From positions 64,571 through 128,570 of IMG/VR virus record IMGVR_UViG_3300031972_002122: a stretch of DNA of 64,000 bases; one strand, given 5' to 3'. This document shows, piece after piece, positions 31,023 to 38,937 of the stretch (position 1 is its first letter; each line of letters starts with the position of its first letter). Origin of the DNA: a virus. Below the pieces are notes generated by a model, which worked only from the letters and a program-made list of their open reading frames with translations, made no database searches and had not been told where the DNA came from. The translations under genes were made by a program, and so were the position numbers.

Positions 31023-32624
31023 ATGGCGGCACCGAATTATAACACTGATTTAACGACGATCGATACTGCGGAGACTACTACTGGCTATAATCAGATAAAT
31101 CATGCTGGTGGTGGTGGTGGTTCGTTGGGTGTTGGGGCTGACTTTTCAATGCAAGGAACATTTTGCGTAGATAGGCAGGTGACTAGTAATAACAGGGGTA
31201 TTGCGTTTGATAATGGTACCCCGTTCATTGCTGACGCGACAGTTGGTGACGACCATATATTTGTTTGGATGTATGTGGCGACTTCTGGTCTTGCCGATAC
31301 TCTTCAAAATGAGGGTGGTGCCATTATGGTTGGAAATGCCACGAATCAGCTAGTTAGATATCACGTGGAGGGTAGTGATACGTATGGTGCGGGTGGGCGT
31401 GTGGCTAGGTGTTATCCAGTTAGACACAATCCAACAACTAATGCTTCCCCACCGTATAGAACATTGACTGGTACACCATCCAATGCTGCGCAGGTTGTGG
31501 GATGTTCAATTAATATGACAGGTACTGTAAAGGGTGCGAATCTTGGACTAGATGCTCAGCGATATGGTACGGGTTTATTTGTATCTGGTGGTGAGGCTGG
31601 CAACGCTGGAACATTTTCAGGATCAGCCGCTGTGAATGACAGTATTTCAAATCGTTGGGGTATACTTACACGAATTGGTGGTACATTTGAGCTGCAGGGA
31701 CACTACGGTATCGGTGTAGACATCAACGGAAATCCATCCCCAGCATATTTCGATGACTCGAATGTACTCGTGCAAATCGTTGACACGCCACATACCGACC
31801 CTGACTTTACCAGAATATTGATAGATCATGAGAGTACTACATGTAATTTGACTAACGTTAGTTTTCTATCACTGGGAGTCAACAATCGAGGTTATTTGGA
31901 TGTTCGGAACGCGTCTACAACTGCATCGTTTGTTGGTTGTGTATTTACTGATTTTGGTAATACTTTCCTGAATGCGAATGTTACGGCTAGTGCCTGTACG
32001 TGGAGAAATTCCGAGGTTATATACGGGAGTGGATCACACGTTGAGTCGTGTACTATCTCACACAACCTATCTGCTGGGTCGTCATCATTGGTTATATCAT
32101 CTTTAGATAAGATCATTGGGTGTGAATTCAGTACAGGATCAGGTGTAGTTAACGGTGGACACGCTATAGAAATAACTCAGGGTGGCGTGACTGCATCATT
32201 TTCTGGGAATACCTTCACAAACTTTGATGCGAACGATACGTCAGGGTCAGCGATTTTCAACAATAGTGGTGCTAATATTGTGATTAATATTAGTAATCAG
32301 GGAGATACACCAACCGTCCGTAATGGTGCTGGTTCGACAACACAGATTAACAATCCAACAGCATTCACGATAACTGGTATCATTTCTGGGTCGGAAGTTA
32401 GGATACATGCCGATGATGGTGAGCCTAGAACTGAATTGGCTGGGCAAGAATCCGTCGAAGGGACTTTTATTTATAGTTATAACTACGGTGGTAGTGATGT
32501 AGATGCGTTCCTCACCGTGGGTAATGTTGGTTATGAATGGTTCGAACTTCCAATCACATTAGGTAATGCAGATCAGACTCAAGCAGTACAACAGCGGATA
32601 GATAGAAATTATAGTAATCCATAA
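31023..32624 (+). CDS. putative tail fibre or receptor-binding protein with beta-helix-like region
   Basis: Gly/Thr/Asn-rich, repeated GCxF/GNTF turns, C-terminal DRNY. Confidence 0.55.
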   Translation: MAAPNYNTDLTTIDTAETTTGYNQINHAGGGGGSLGVGADFSMQGTFCVDRQVTSNNRGIAFDNGTPFIADATVGDDHIFVWMYVATSGLADTLQNEGGAIMVGNATNQLVRYHVEGSDTYGAGGRVARCYPVRHNPTTNASPPYRTLTGTPSNAAQVVGCSINMTGTVKGANLGLDAQRYGTGLFVSGGEAGNAGTFSGSAAVNDSISNRWGILTRIGGTFELQGHYGIGVDINGNPSPAYFDDSNVLVQIVDTPHTDPDFTRILIDHESTTCNLTNVSFLSLGVNNRGYLDVRNASTTASFVGCVFTDFGNTFLNANVTASACTWRNSEVIYGSGSHVESCTISHNLSAGSSSLVISSLDKIIGCEFSTGSGVVNGGHAIEITQGGVTASFSGNTFTNFDANDTSGSAIFNNSGANIVINISNQGDTPTVRNGAGSTTQINNPTAFTITGIISGSEVRIHADDGEPRTELAGQESVEGTFIYSYNYGGSDVDAFLTVGNVGYEWFELPITLGNADQTQAVQQRIDRNYSNP

Positions 32625-32793
32625 AAATAAGTTGATATGAAAATAGACGAAGCGATGATCAAACTGCGCACACTACAAGCAGCTATATTTGATCCAGAGA
32701 AAAATAAAAATGATTTGTTTGCAATGACAAATCAGATTATGAATGATCTTGAGCAAGTCTCAAGGGATATTAAAAATAAAGAAGGTGTAGACG

Positions 32794-33006
32794 ATGGGAA
32801 ATAATATTGATATAGTAAGTCTTAAACTTAAGCAACTAAAGCAAGCACTTCGTGATCCTACTAAGTCAGTTAAGGATTTGGAAAAAATGATAGATGACAT
32901 GGGGGAGAATGTTAAACTCGCGTCAAATGAAATCCAGATAAACTACGAACAGATATCTAAACGTCTAACGGACGAGATGAATGGTAAATCTTCAAAGAGA
33001 GAATAA
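32794..33006 (+). CDS. small coiled-coil protein
   Basis: ORF; similar to an unlisted ORF at ~32637 (MKIDEAMIKLRTLQAAIFDP). Confidence 0.5.
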   Translation: MGNNIDIVSLKLKQLKQALRDPTKSVKDLEKMIDDMGENVKLASNEIQINYEQISKRLTDEMNGKSSKRE

Positions 33007-33009
33007 TAT

Positions 33010-34263
33010 ATGGCACAAGTGTTTTTATTTGATGGAGAATCTAGCAGGATTAAGTGTCAAAATACATCGTCATTTACTATGACCGAGGTATACAGTCGTT
33101 GGAAGGACTGGGTACTCACATCGGATAATGCGAAGTTTTTGCGTGCGTTTAGATTTGTGGGGGGTGACCCTACGGTTTCTGGGAGATCGCTAGGGATAAC
33201 ATACTTTTTAATGAACAATTGGAGAATTGTGCCATTTACAGGATCATTAGATTATGATCTAGATGTTGAGGGTAATTTGTTCTTAGATGAGGCAACTAAT
33301 TCAGTGAGTGCGTCGAACCCTTACGAGTTCCCGGGCGTACTGGTACGACAATCCGTATCCAACCTTACCGACGCGCAAGTACTTGAATCAGATATTAATA
33401 AGCGACTAGATTATACAAATGACACGGTGTTCTTAGACCCAATCGGTGGGGTTAGTGGATCGCTACACCCTGTTGGTACGTCGGCATCCCCAGTTAATAA
33501 TGAAGCACAAGCACTTCAATTAATGGGTACGTATGGGCTACAGCACGTGGTGGTTCAAGGTCACTATACACTATCTAAAAATTGGGATGGTAAGGAGATA
33601 ATCGGTGAAACTCAGATGGTTAATTTGACAATCGACTCGGCATCACTTAATAATACTAAGATTTCTAATATCTCACTGACTGGGTATATCGATTCTACTA
33701 GATTTATGGTAGAGAGATCACTCGTGTATGATTTGACATATCAGAATGGGTGGTTTGATACGTGTGGGTTGTCGGGATCGTTATGTATGATCAATACACA
33801 ACCTAATGCTACATTCTTTTCGTGCTTCTCGATGGTGCCCGGTACAGGATCACCATTACTAGATTTCGCGGGATCGTCTAATTCACTCGTCAATATTCGA
33901 ATGTATTCTGGGGGTATACGATTCAAAAATTATGCATCGTCGACAAATATTAGTACCGTTGAATTTACTGCTGGTCGGATGAATATCGATCCAACATGTT
34001 CAGATGGTTTACTATCAGTACGTGGTACTGCATACTTGAACGGTACTGGTAGTGGTGTTAATTTGGAGACTGGATCATTATTTAACCCAGTATTCTTCAG
34101 TCGAAAGATTGATGACATGGCTACTAAAACTAAGGACATACACCTAGTTCACGGACTCGATCCAACAGCACCTATGTATGTGACTAAGACGCAGCGAACG
34201 GCTGGTGATGTGTCGCAAACATTCGTGACAGGTAGTGGTGATGTGACAGTAACGAGGTTGTAG
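33010..34263 (+). CDS. putative virion structural protein
   Basis: EVYSRWKDW...GGDP N-terminal motif; beta-rich. Confidence 0.55.
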   Translation: MAQVFLFDGESSRIKCQNTSSFTMTEVYSRWKDWVLTSDNAKFLRAFRFVGGDPTVSGRSLGITYFLMNNWRIVPFTGSLDYDLDVEGNLFLDEATNSVSASNPYEFPGVLVRQSVSNLTDAQVLESDINKRLDYTNDTVFLDPIGGVSGSLHPVGTSASPVNNEAQALQLMGTYGLQHVVVQGHYTLSKNWDGKEIIGETQMVNLTIDSASLNNTKISNISLTGYIDSTRFMVERSLVYDLTYQNGWFDTCGLSGSLCMINTQPNATFFSCFSMVPGTGSPLLDFAGSSNSLVNIRMYSGGIRFKNYASSTNISTVEFTAGRMNIDPTCSDGLLSVRGTAYLNGTGSGVNLETGSLFNPVFFSRKIDDMATKTKDIHLVHGLDPTAPMYVTKTQRTAGDVSQTFVTGSGDVTVTRL

Positions 34264-34625
34264 TGGAAGCGAACGGTCTTGATCCATTAACTATAGCCAA
34301 CCAAGGGCTACTTTCTAACGATCCATGTCAGGTCGCAGCTCAGGGATTGTTACATGTACGTATAGACATTGTCGATCCCGAGGATGAAATTATCATACCA
34401 GATACTGGTGGTGGGATCGTTGATAATGACATATGGAAGCGTAAGACTAAGGAAGAGAAGAAGAAATTACGTGCTAAAATCACAGTTTCGGCAACTGTTG
34501 ATGGAATTACATACGAAGAAATTAAGTATTCAAATGATTGCAGTATAACTGTACAAGACGTTGACATTCAAGTAGTTGAGTCTACTACTAAGCCTAAAAT
34601 TACCATTGAAGTTAAAAAAAAATAG
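34263..34625 (+). CDS. hypothetical protein
   Basis: ORF overlapping the upstream stop. Confidence 0.55.
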   Translation: MEANGLDPLTIANQGLLSNDPCQVAAQGLLHVRIDIVDPEDEIIIPDTGGGIVDNDIWKRKTKEEKKKLRAKITVSATVDGITYEEIKYSNDCSITVQDVDIQVVESTTKPKITIEVKKK

Positions 34626-34643
34626 TAGAAACTTTGTAAAAAA

Positions 34644-34678
34644 TTTGGTTATGTCTTGATGTTTTATATATATTTGCA
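34644..34678 (+). promoter_or_regulatory. Bacteroidota-type sigma70 promoter for tRNA block A
   Basis: TTTG...TATATTTG, matching -33 TTTG / -7 TAnnTTTG. Confidence 0.7.
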
Positions 34679-34706
34679 CATACTTATGAACGAAGAGATA
34701 CGAAAA

Positions 34707-34814
34707 ATGAAAACATTATTATATACATATAGTCTTTTATCGATGACACTGACAAGTGGCTGGTCGTTTTGCGACGGGACGGATTGTCTTTGTAATCTCC
34801 GCTGTGTGGAATAA
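34707..34814 (+). CDS. putative attenuator leader peptide of tRNA block A (MKTLLYTYSLLSMTLTSGWSFCDGTDCLCNLRCVE)
   Basis: Manual translation (in-frame upstream ATG at 34686); lies between promoter and terminator; composition matches downstream tRNAs. Confidence 0.75.
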   Translation: MKTLLYTYSLLSMTLTSGWSFCDGTDCLCNLRCVE

Positions 34815-34855
34815 AGTATTCATGTAATATGTAAGGGATACATTTTAAACATATA

Positions 34856-34891
34856 GAAGCTCGGAGACATAAAAAATCTTCGGGCTTTTTT
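34856..34891 (+). terminator. attenuator terminator upstream of tRNA block A
   Basis: GAAGCTCGGAGA/TCTTCGGGCTTT plus U-run. Confidence 0.8.
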
Positions 34892-34904
34892 AATTTATAG
34901 TAAT

Positions 34905-34973
34905 ATGGAAAATAGAGAAGACATAGAATATTATTATAGCATTACCAATGGGTGTGCTATCGTTGTGGTGTAA
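34905..34973 (+). CDS. Tyr-run uORF (MENREDIEYYYSITNGCAIVVV) reading into tRNA-Tyr
   Basis: TAT TAT TAT at 34929-34937, 12 nt before the tRNA. Confidence 0.7.
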   Translation: MENREDIEYYYSITNGCAIVVV

Positions 34974-35034
34974 ACAAGGCGGTCTGTAAAACCGTCGCCG
35001 TTGGCTAAGATGGGTTCGAATCCCTCCACACCCA
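34950..35034 (+). tRNA. tRNA-Tyr(GTA)
   Basis: GGGTGTG/CACACCC; GCGGT-CTGTAAA-ACCGT; variable arm; TTCGAAT. Confidence 0.85.
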
Positions 35035-35049
35035 CAAAATTTTTAAACT

Positions 35050-35211
35050 ATGAAATGTCCAAAGTGTACGGGAGAACTAAAAAAAGAATTGTTAAAGGAC
35101 AATTCACAACAGGCTCAAGGATCGTGGACTTGTAAGGATTGTAGAACCATTTGGTTCATAATTGAATGTGGGAACCGCGAACGGGGCAAGTATGGAAAGA
35201 AGGTGACGTAG
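35050..35211 (+). CDS. small Zn-ribbon protein (53 aa)
   Basis: Manual translation MKCPKC...WTCKDC. Confidence 0.6.
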   Translation: MKCPKCTGELKKELLKDNSQQAQGSWTCKDCRTIWFIIECGNRERGKYGKKVT

Positions 35212-35278
35212 CTGAGTTTTGGTTTAGCGCAGGTTTGAAGCATCTGAGACGTAGGTTCGATCCCTACCGTCACCACCA
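35202..35278 (+). tRNA. tRNA-Phe(GAA)
   Basis: GGTGACG/CGTCACC-A-CCA; CAGGT-TTGAAGC-ATCTG. Confidence 0.92.
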
Positions 35279-35298
35279 AAATTTCCATACTTATTAGT

Positions 35299-35877
35299 AT
35301 GGAAAGATTAAAACTTAAAAAGTTATTAGACTCTGGTAAAAGTACTAGAGAGATTGCAGAGTTAATTGGAAGGGGGCAGACGACTGTTAGATATTGGATT
35401 AAGAAGCATGGGTTGCGATGTAAGTATCATGAGATTAATCGTCAACAGCGGATAAGTGATATTTGTGAAGCTGTTGCCAAGTCCACCTCATACTCAGAGG
35501 TATGTAGGAAGTTGAAAATTCCTCGTTCTGGAAATTCATATCAGAATATGAGATCGGTGATTGAGAGATTGAGTTTAGATGTCTCCCATTTTACAGGGCA
35601 GCGAAAATATCTAGAGTCTATAAAATTAACTCCATATGATGTATTAATATATGATCGGTTGGATGGTAGGCGGGAACGTACTATAGTGTTGCGTAACGCG
35701 TTAACTGAACTTGGTGTTGATGTGTGTAGATGTAGCCTGTGTGGGTTAGATTCTTGGTTGGGAAAACCACTTGGAATGCATATTGATCATATAGATGGTG
35801 ATAGATTAAATAATATTCGTGATAATTTGAGAATTTTATGTCCAAATTGTCACAATCAAATAACGTATAACAAATGA
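35299..35877 (+). CDS. HNH homing endonuclease with N-terminal HTH
   Basis: CSLCG, HIDHIDGDRLNN..DNLRILCPNCH. Confidence 0.9.
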   Translation: MERLKLKKLLDSGKSTREIAELIGRGQTTVRYWIKKHGLRCKYHEINRQQRISDICEAVAKSTSYSEVCRKLKIPRSGNSYQNMRSVIERLSLDVSHFTGQRKYLESIKLTPYDVLIYDRLDGRRERTIVLRNALTELGVDVCRCSLCGLDSWLGKPLGMHIDHIDGDRLNNIRDNLRILCPNCHNQITYNK

Positions 35878-35939
35878 AATACAAAATAAAAAACAGCAAA
35901 GTCATGTAAGTATTTTAACTTACAAAATAGGACTTTGAT

Positions 35940-36221
35940 ATGAGTAGATCAAGAAAGAAACACGGTGTTGTTAAAGACCGTGGACTCACCCGTAGAGAAT
36001 GGAACAGAAAATTCAGAAGGGTGAACAGACAACGAGTACGTATGGGTAAAGACCCATACCAAATGAAGGAACTGATAAATCCTTACGATGTGTATGATTG
36101 GATATACATATGGGATGAATCGGATATGCAGCGACGGTGGGCTGAAGATGGACGCCATGATTATTATAAAAGGGTATATAAAACCCTTGATAATATGCGT
36201 CGCTGGTACTTTAGAAAGTGA
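35940..36221 (+). CDS. basic conserved phage protein (MSRSRKK family)
   Basis: ORF track. Confidence 0.65.
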   Translation: MSRSRKKHGVVKDRGLTRREWNRKFRRVNRQRVRMGKDPYQMKELINPYDVYDWIYIWDESDMQRRWAEDGRHDYYKRVYKTLDNMRRWYFRK

Positions 36222-36224
36222 CAT

Positions 36225-36295
36225 GGGGATAAGCGTAGGTTGTGTCAGGTGGTCTCCAAAACCGCTCTGTTAGAGTTCGAATCTCTATATCCTTG
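36225..36295 (+). tRNA. tRNA-Trp(CCA), weak D arm
   Basis: GGGGATA/TATCCTT-G; GTGGT-CTCCAAA-ACCGC; TAGAG-TTCGAAT-CTCTA. Confidence 0.8.
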
Positions 36296-36336
36296 CTATT
36301 CGAGTACGTATAAGCACCGCGTTAAGGGCTTGCTAT

Positions 36337-36425
36337 AGTGCTAAAGCGAATGGAAAGCGATCGCCCTGTCACGGCGACATCAGTCGAAAGATTGTATGCG
36401 GGTTCGAGTCCCGTTAGCACTGCCA
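36337..36425 (+). tRNA. tRNA-Asp(GTC) with long variable arm
   Basis: AGTGCTA/TAGCACT-G-CCA; TCGCC-CTGTCAC-GGCGA. Confidence 0.88.
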
Positions 36426-36576
36426 ATAAGAAGCCGTGTGTAAATCCCTGATGATCCAGAATACTCGAGGTCTGGGGAGGGGGTGGAGCATGTAAAGAAA
36501 GCAGTTAACCTAACGTACATGGGGATGACTCGGTTTAAATCCGACGTGAGTAGCGGGACGATATACGCTACAACTC

Positions 36577-36651
36577 GCGGCACACGCATAAGAGGTGGTG
36601 CACCTGCCTTCCAAGCAGGAATTAGATTCGGTTCGATCCCGAAGTGCCGCA
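36577..36651 (+). tRNA. tRNA-Gly(TCC)
   Basis: GCGGCAC/GTGCCGC; CCTGC-CTTCCAA-GCAGG. Confidence 0.9.
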
Positions 36652-36724
36652 CAAATTGATCATCGCTAGGAGATGCATCGGTTGAGAATCAGTTAGGCTG
36701 CTCGATTTGACTGGCGATGAACTT

Positions 36725-36798
36725 GCGACCAACGCATAAGAGGTGGTGCACCACGTTGCCAACGTGGAATAGAGCGAGTTCGATCCTCGCTGGTCGCC
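36725..36798 (+). tRNA. tRNA-Gly(GCC)
   Basis: GCGACCA/TGGTCGC; CCACG-TTGCCAA-CGTGG. Confidence 0.9.
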
Positions 36799-36875
36799 AA
36801 AATCTAGGTCGCAACTAGATGATGTGAGTTATGAGTTCAGGAATCTCACGAAGAATGACAAAATGTCCTGTCTAT

Positions 36876-36947
36876 GTCTCTAAAGCATTTATGGATGATG
36901 TCCACCTTTGTACCGTGGGGAACGGGATTCGATTTCTCGTAGAGACT
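36876..36947 (+). tRNA. tRNA, probably Thr(TGT)
   Basis: GTCTCTA/TAGAGAC; CCACC-TTTGTAC-CGTGG with one mismatch; anticodon register somewhat ambiguous. Confidence 0.65.
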
Positions 36948-36997
36948 CAACAATTCGATTCCAGTGTTTGATTCGTTTTTTGTATACTTATATATGT

Positions 36998-37654
36998 ATG
37001 AAATGGACAGAAACTGAATTGAACGAAGTGATTAATCTTATCAAAAGTGGTAAGACTTATGGTGAAATATCTAACATTGTGGGTAGAAGTAAATCTTCTA
37101 TCAAAAATAAACTAGGGCGTAGCAACGAAAATTATAAAAAGTATGTTAAGTGCGACGTGCTTTTATGTATTCAGTGTGATAATGTTATTAAAAATTTTGG
37201 TATTAAATTTTGCTCTAGATCATGTGCTACTACTTATAACAATTTACTACGAGGAAAAAATCCACGTAAGTGTAAGTGTTGTGGTGGTGAATATTTCGGA
37301 AGAGCTAAAAAATACTGCAGTATTTATTGCTTTCATAAAAGTCAGTGGATGGCAATCGTGAATTTAATTGAATCTGGTGATACTAGCCTTTCTAATCGAC
37401 GTTATAAAAAATATTTAATTTATAAATATGGTGAACAATGTATGGAATGCGGTTGGGATAAAATCAATCCATATAGTGGAAATATACCAATTGAATTAGA
37501 ACATATCGATGGTAATTCTAATAATAACTCTTTGGATAACTTAAAATTATTATGTCCTAATTGTCATTCACTCACACCAACATACAAAGCATTAAATATT
37601 GGTAATGGTCGACATAACCGCATGGTGAGATATAAATCTGGTAAGAGTTTTTAA
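36998..37654 (+). CDS. HNH endonuclease with HTH and Cys-rich repeats
   Basis: FCSRSC, YCSIYC, ELEHIDGNSNNN..NLKLLCPNCHSLT; start moved to MKWTE because the longer ORF overlaps a tRNA. Confidence 0.9.
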   Translation: MKWTETELNEVINLIKSGKTYGEISNIVGRSKSSIKNKLGRSNENYKKYVKCDVLLCIQCDNVIKNFGIKFCSRSCATTYNNLLRGKNPRKCKCCGGEYFGRAKKYCSIYCFHKSQWMAIVNLIESGDTSLSNRRYKKYLIYKYGEQCMECGWDKINPYSGNIPIELEHIDGNSNNNSLDNLKLLCPNCHSLTPTYKALNIGNGRHNRMVRYKSGKSF

Positions 37655-37750
37655 AAAGAGCCGTTTAGACTGTGAGGCGTACCATAGGGATGGTGAATAT
37701 CCTTACATTTATGTGTTGCGTATATGAAAAAGTTTTTTTATATTTGATGT

Positions 37751-38014
37751 ATGAGAAAATTAGAAGGCACAACAGCATGTAAAATGAGAGATGAACTTTG
37801 GTCTAAGCGGAGTAAAACGTTTACACCTACTGTGATTACCAACAGGTTGACTAAGATTGGAATACCAGCGTGGTTACGGTCACAGATCATTCAAATGGTA
37901 CGGTACAACGAAATGGATCGATGTACAGATGCAATTGAGCAGGCGATGTACCAGTCTGTATGTAATTTGATCGTCAAGGAATTGATGGATGCTGAGAAAA
38001 AGGTATTTGATTAA
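37751..38014 (+). CDS. hypothetical protein
   Basis: ORF after a sigma70-like promoter. Confidence 0.6.
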   Translation: MRKLEGTTACKMRDELWSKRSKTFTPTVITNRLTKIGIPAWLRSQIIQMVRYNEMDRCTDAIEQAMYQSVCNLIVKELMDAEKKVFD

Positions 38015-38022
38015 AACAATAT

Positions 38023-38092
38023 AGCACAAGTGCGCGGGACACAGGACGGACTCATATTCTGTCTTCGCTCGGATCGTTACCGAGTTGTGCTA
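38023..38092 (+). tRNA. tRNA(CAT), Met or Ile2, with non-canonical D and T loops
   Basis: AGCACAA/TTGTGCT; ACGGA-CTCATAT-TCTGT; CTCGG-ATCGTTA-CCGAG. Confidence 0.7.
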
Positions 38093-38107
38093 CTGATTAG
38101 AATAAAA

Positions 38108-38206
38108 ATGAAAGAAAGAACTGAAATATCGAGTAGTAGTTCCAGATACTGGAAGGTGAACCTAGCAGGGTCTAGGACTGGATTGCTAATCCATGGGGTC
38201 GGGTAA
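38108..38206 (+). CDS. Ser-run uORF (MKERTEISSSSSRYW...) reading into tRNA-Ser
   Basis: TCG AGT AGT AGT TCC at 38129-38143, 7 nt before the tRNA. Confidence 0.72.
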   Translation: MKERTEISSSSSRYWKVNLAGSRTGLLIHGVG

Positions 38207-38238
38207 AACTGACTGGGCTTCGATTGCTCCTCCTTCCG
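38151..38238 (+). tRNA. tRNA-Ser(GCT)
   Basis: GGAAGG/CCTTCC-G; TGGA-TTGCTAA-TCCA; long variable arm. Confidence 0.82.
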
Positions 38239-38245
38239 CTTAATT

Positions 38246-38335
38246 GGTAAGTTAAGCAGTCCCATGGAGGGGCGACTAGTCTTGAAAACTAGGTAGCAGG
38301 TCATGCTGCTCGGGGGTCGGTTCCTCAACTTACCG
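38246..38335 (+). tRNA. tRNA-Ser(TGA)
   Basis: GGTAAGT/ACTTACC-G; CTAGT-CTTGAAA-ACTAG; long variable arm. Confidence 0.85.
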
Positions 38336-38343
38336 CAATTTAT

Positions 38344-38417
38344 GGTCAAGTGGCTGAGTGGATGTAGGCATCTGATTGCAAGTCAGGTTTACGGGGGTTC
38401 GAATCCCTCCTTGACCT
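38344..38417 (+). tRNA. tRNA-Cys(GCA)
   Basis: GGTCAAG/CTTGACC-T; TCTGA-TTGCAAG-TCAGG. Confidence 0.92.
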
Positions 38418-38430
38418 CAACGAAAAAATT

Positions 38431-38484
38431 ATGAAAGTAATAAATACATACAATCGATTACGACTGCTACTCTTACCTGAGTAG
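38431..38484 (+). CDS. Leu-run leader peptide (MKVINTYNRLRLLLLPE)
   Basis: TTA CGA CTG CTA CTC TTA; followed by a hairpin and four tRNA-Leu genes. Confidence 0.78.
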   Translation: MKVINTYNRLRLLLLPE

Positions 38485-38521
38485 CCTCACCACTTCAAAA
38501 TTCAGTGGGGGGCAAATCTAT

Positions 38522-38595
38522 GCCCCCATGGTGGAACTGGAATACACGTTTGATTAAGGATCAAAAGCTTGCGAGTTCGAATCTCGCTGGGGGTA
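38522..38595 (+). tRNA. tRNA-Leu(AAG), short variable loop
   Basis: GCCCCCA/TGGGGGT-A; TTTGA-TTAAGGA-TCAAA. Confidence 0.85.
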
Positions 38596-38605
38596 CAAAA
38601 AGAAA

Positions 38606-38666
38606 CCGATCGGGTACACGGTATACCCGATTGGGTACACGGTATACCCGATTGGGTATATCCGAT
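38606..38666. repeat. 21-bp tandem repeat (~2.9 copies), each copy a hairpin
   Basis: CCGATYGGGTACACGGTATAC x2 plus a partial third copy. Confidence 0.85.
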
Positions 38667-38749
38667 GACTCTGTGATGAAATGGAAGACATGCCCGGCTC
38701 AAAATCGGGTGCCTAGCTAGGCGTGTGGGTTCGAATCCCACTAGGGTCA
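38667..38749 (+). tRNA. tRNA-Leu(CAA)
   Basis: GACTCTG/TAGGGTC; CCCGG-CTCAAAA-TCGGG; variable arm. Confidence 0.9.
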
Positions 38750-38754
38750 CAAAT

Positions 38755-38832
38755 ACCTCCGTGGGCAAATGGTAAAGTCCGCAGTCTTAGACACTGTAAT
38801 CGTAGTTGCTGGTTCGACTCCAGTCGGAGGTA
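38755..38832 (+). tRNA. tRNA-Leu(TAG)
   Basis: ACCTCCG/CGGAGGT; GCAGT-CTTAGAC-ACTGT. Confidence 0.9.
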
Positions 38833-38840
38833 CAATTAAT

Positions 38841-38914
38841 AGTCCCGTAGCCCAACCGGAAGAGGCATCAGGTTTAAACTCTGTTCAGTGTGGGTTCGAC
38901 TCCCATCGGGACTA
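38841..38914 (+). tRNA. tRNA-Leu(TAA), short variable loop
   Basis: AGTCCCG/CGGGACT; CAGG-TTTAAAC-TCTG. Confidence 0.85.
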
Positions 38915-38937
38915 CTATTTTTTATATACTTATTAGT

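Noticed and set aside
35050-36221. Cognate leaders for tRNA-Phe and tRNA-Trp
   Set aside because: The upstream ORFs look like ordinary small proteins (Zn ribbon; MSRSRKK family) without cognate runs. No local leader was found for Asp, Thr, Cys, Ala, Asn, Val or Arg either.
36451-36495. Gly leader (MIQNTRGLGRGWSM) before tRNA-Gly
   Set aside because: Only three scattered Gly codons, ~80 nt from the tRNA, with no clear switch helix.
36445-36510. Hammerhead ribozyme (CTGATGA plus stem)
   Set aside because: The stem is followed by GAGG rather than GAAA, and stems I and III could not be built.
36088-38768. ORF-track entries overlapping tRNAs (36088, 36380, 38077, 38502, 38505; likewise 42542, 42991, 51220, 52853, 53116, 55630)
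   Set aside because: Spurious translations of tRNA genes or their antisense strands.
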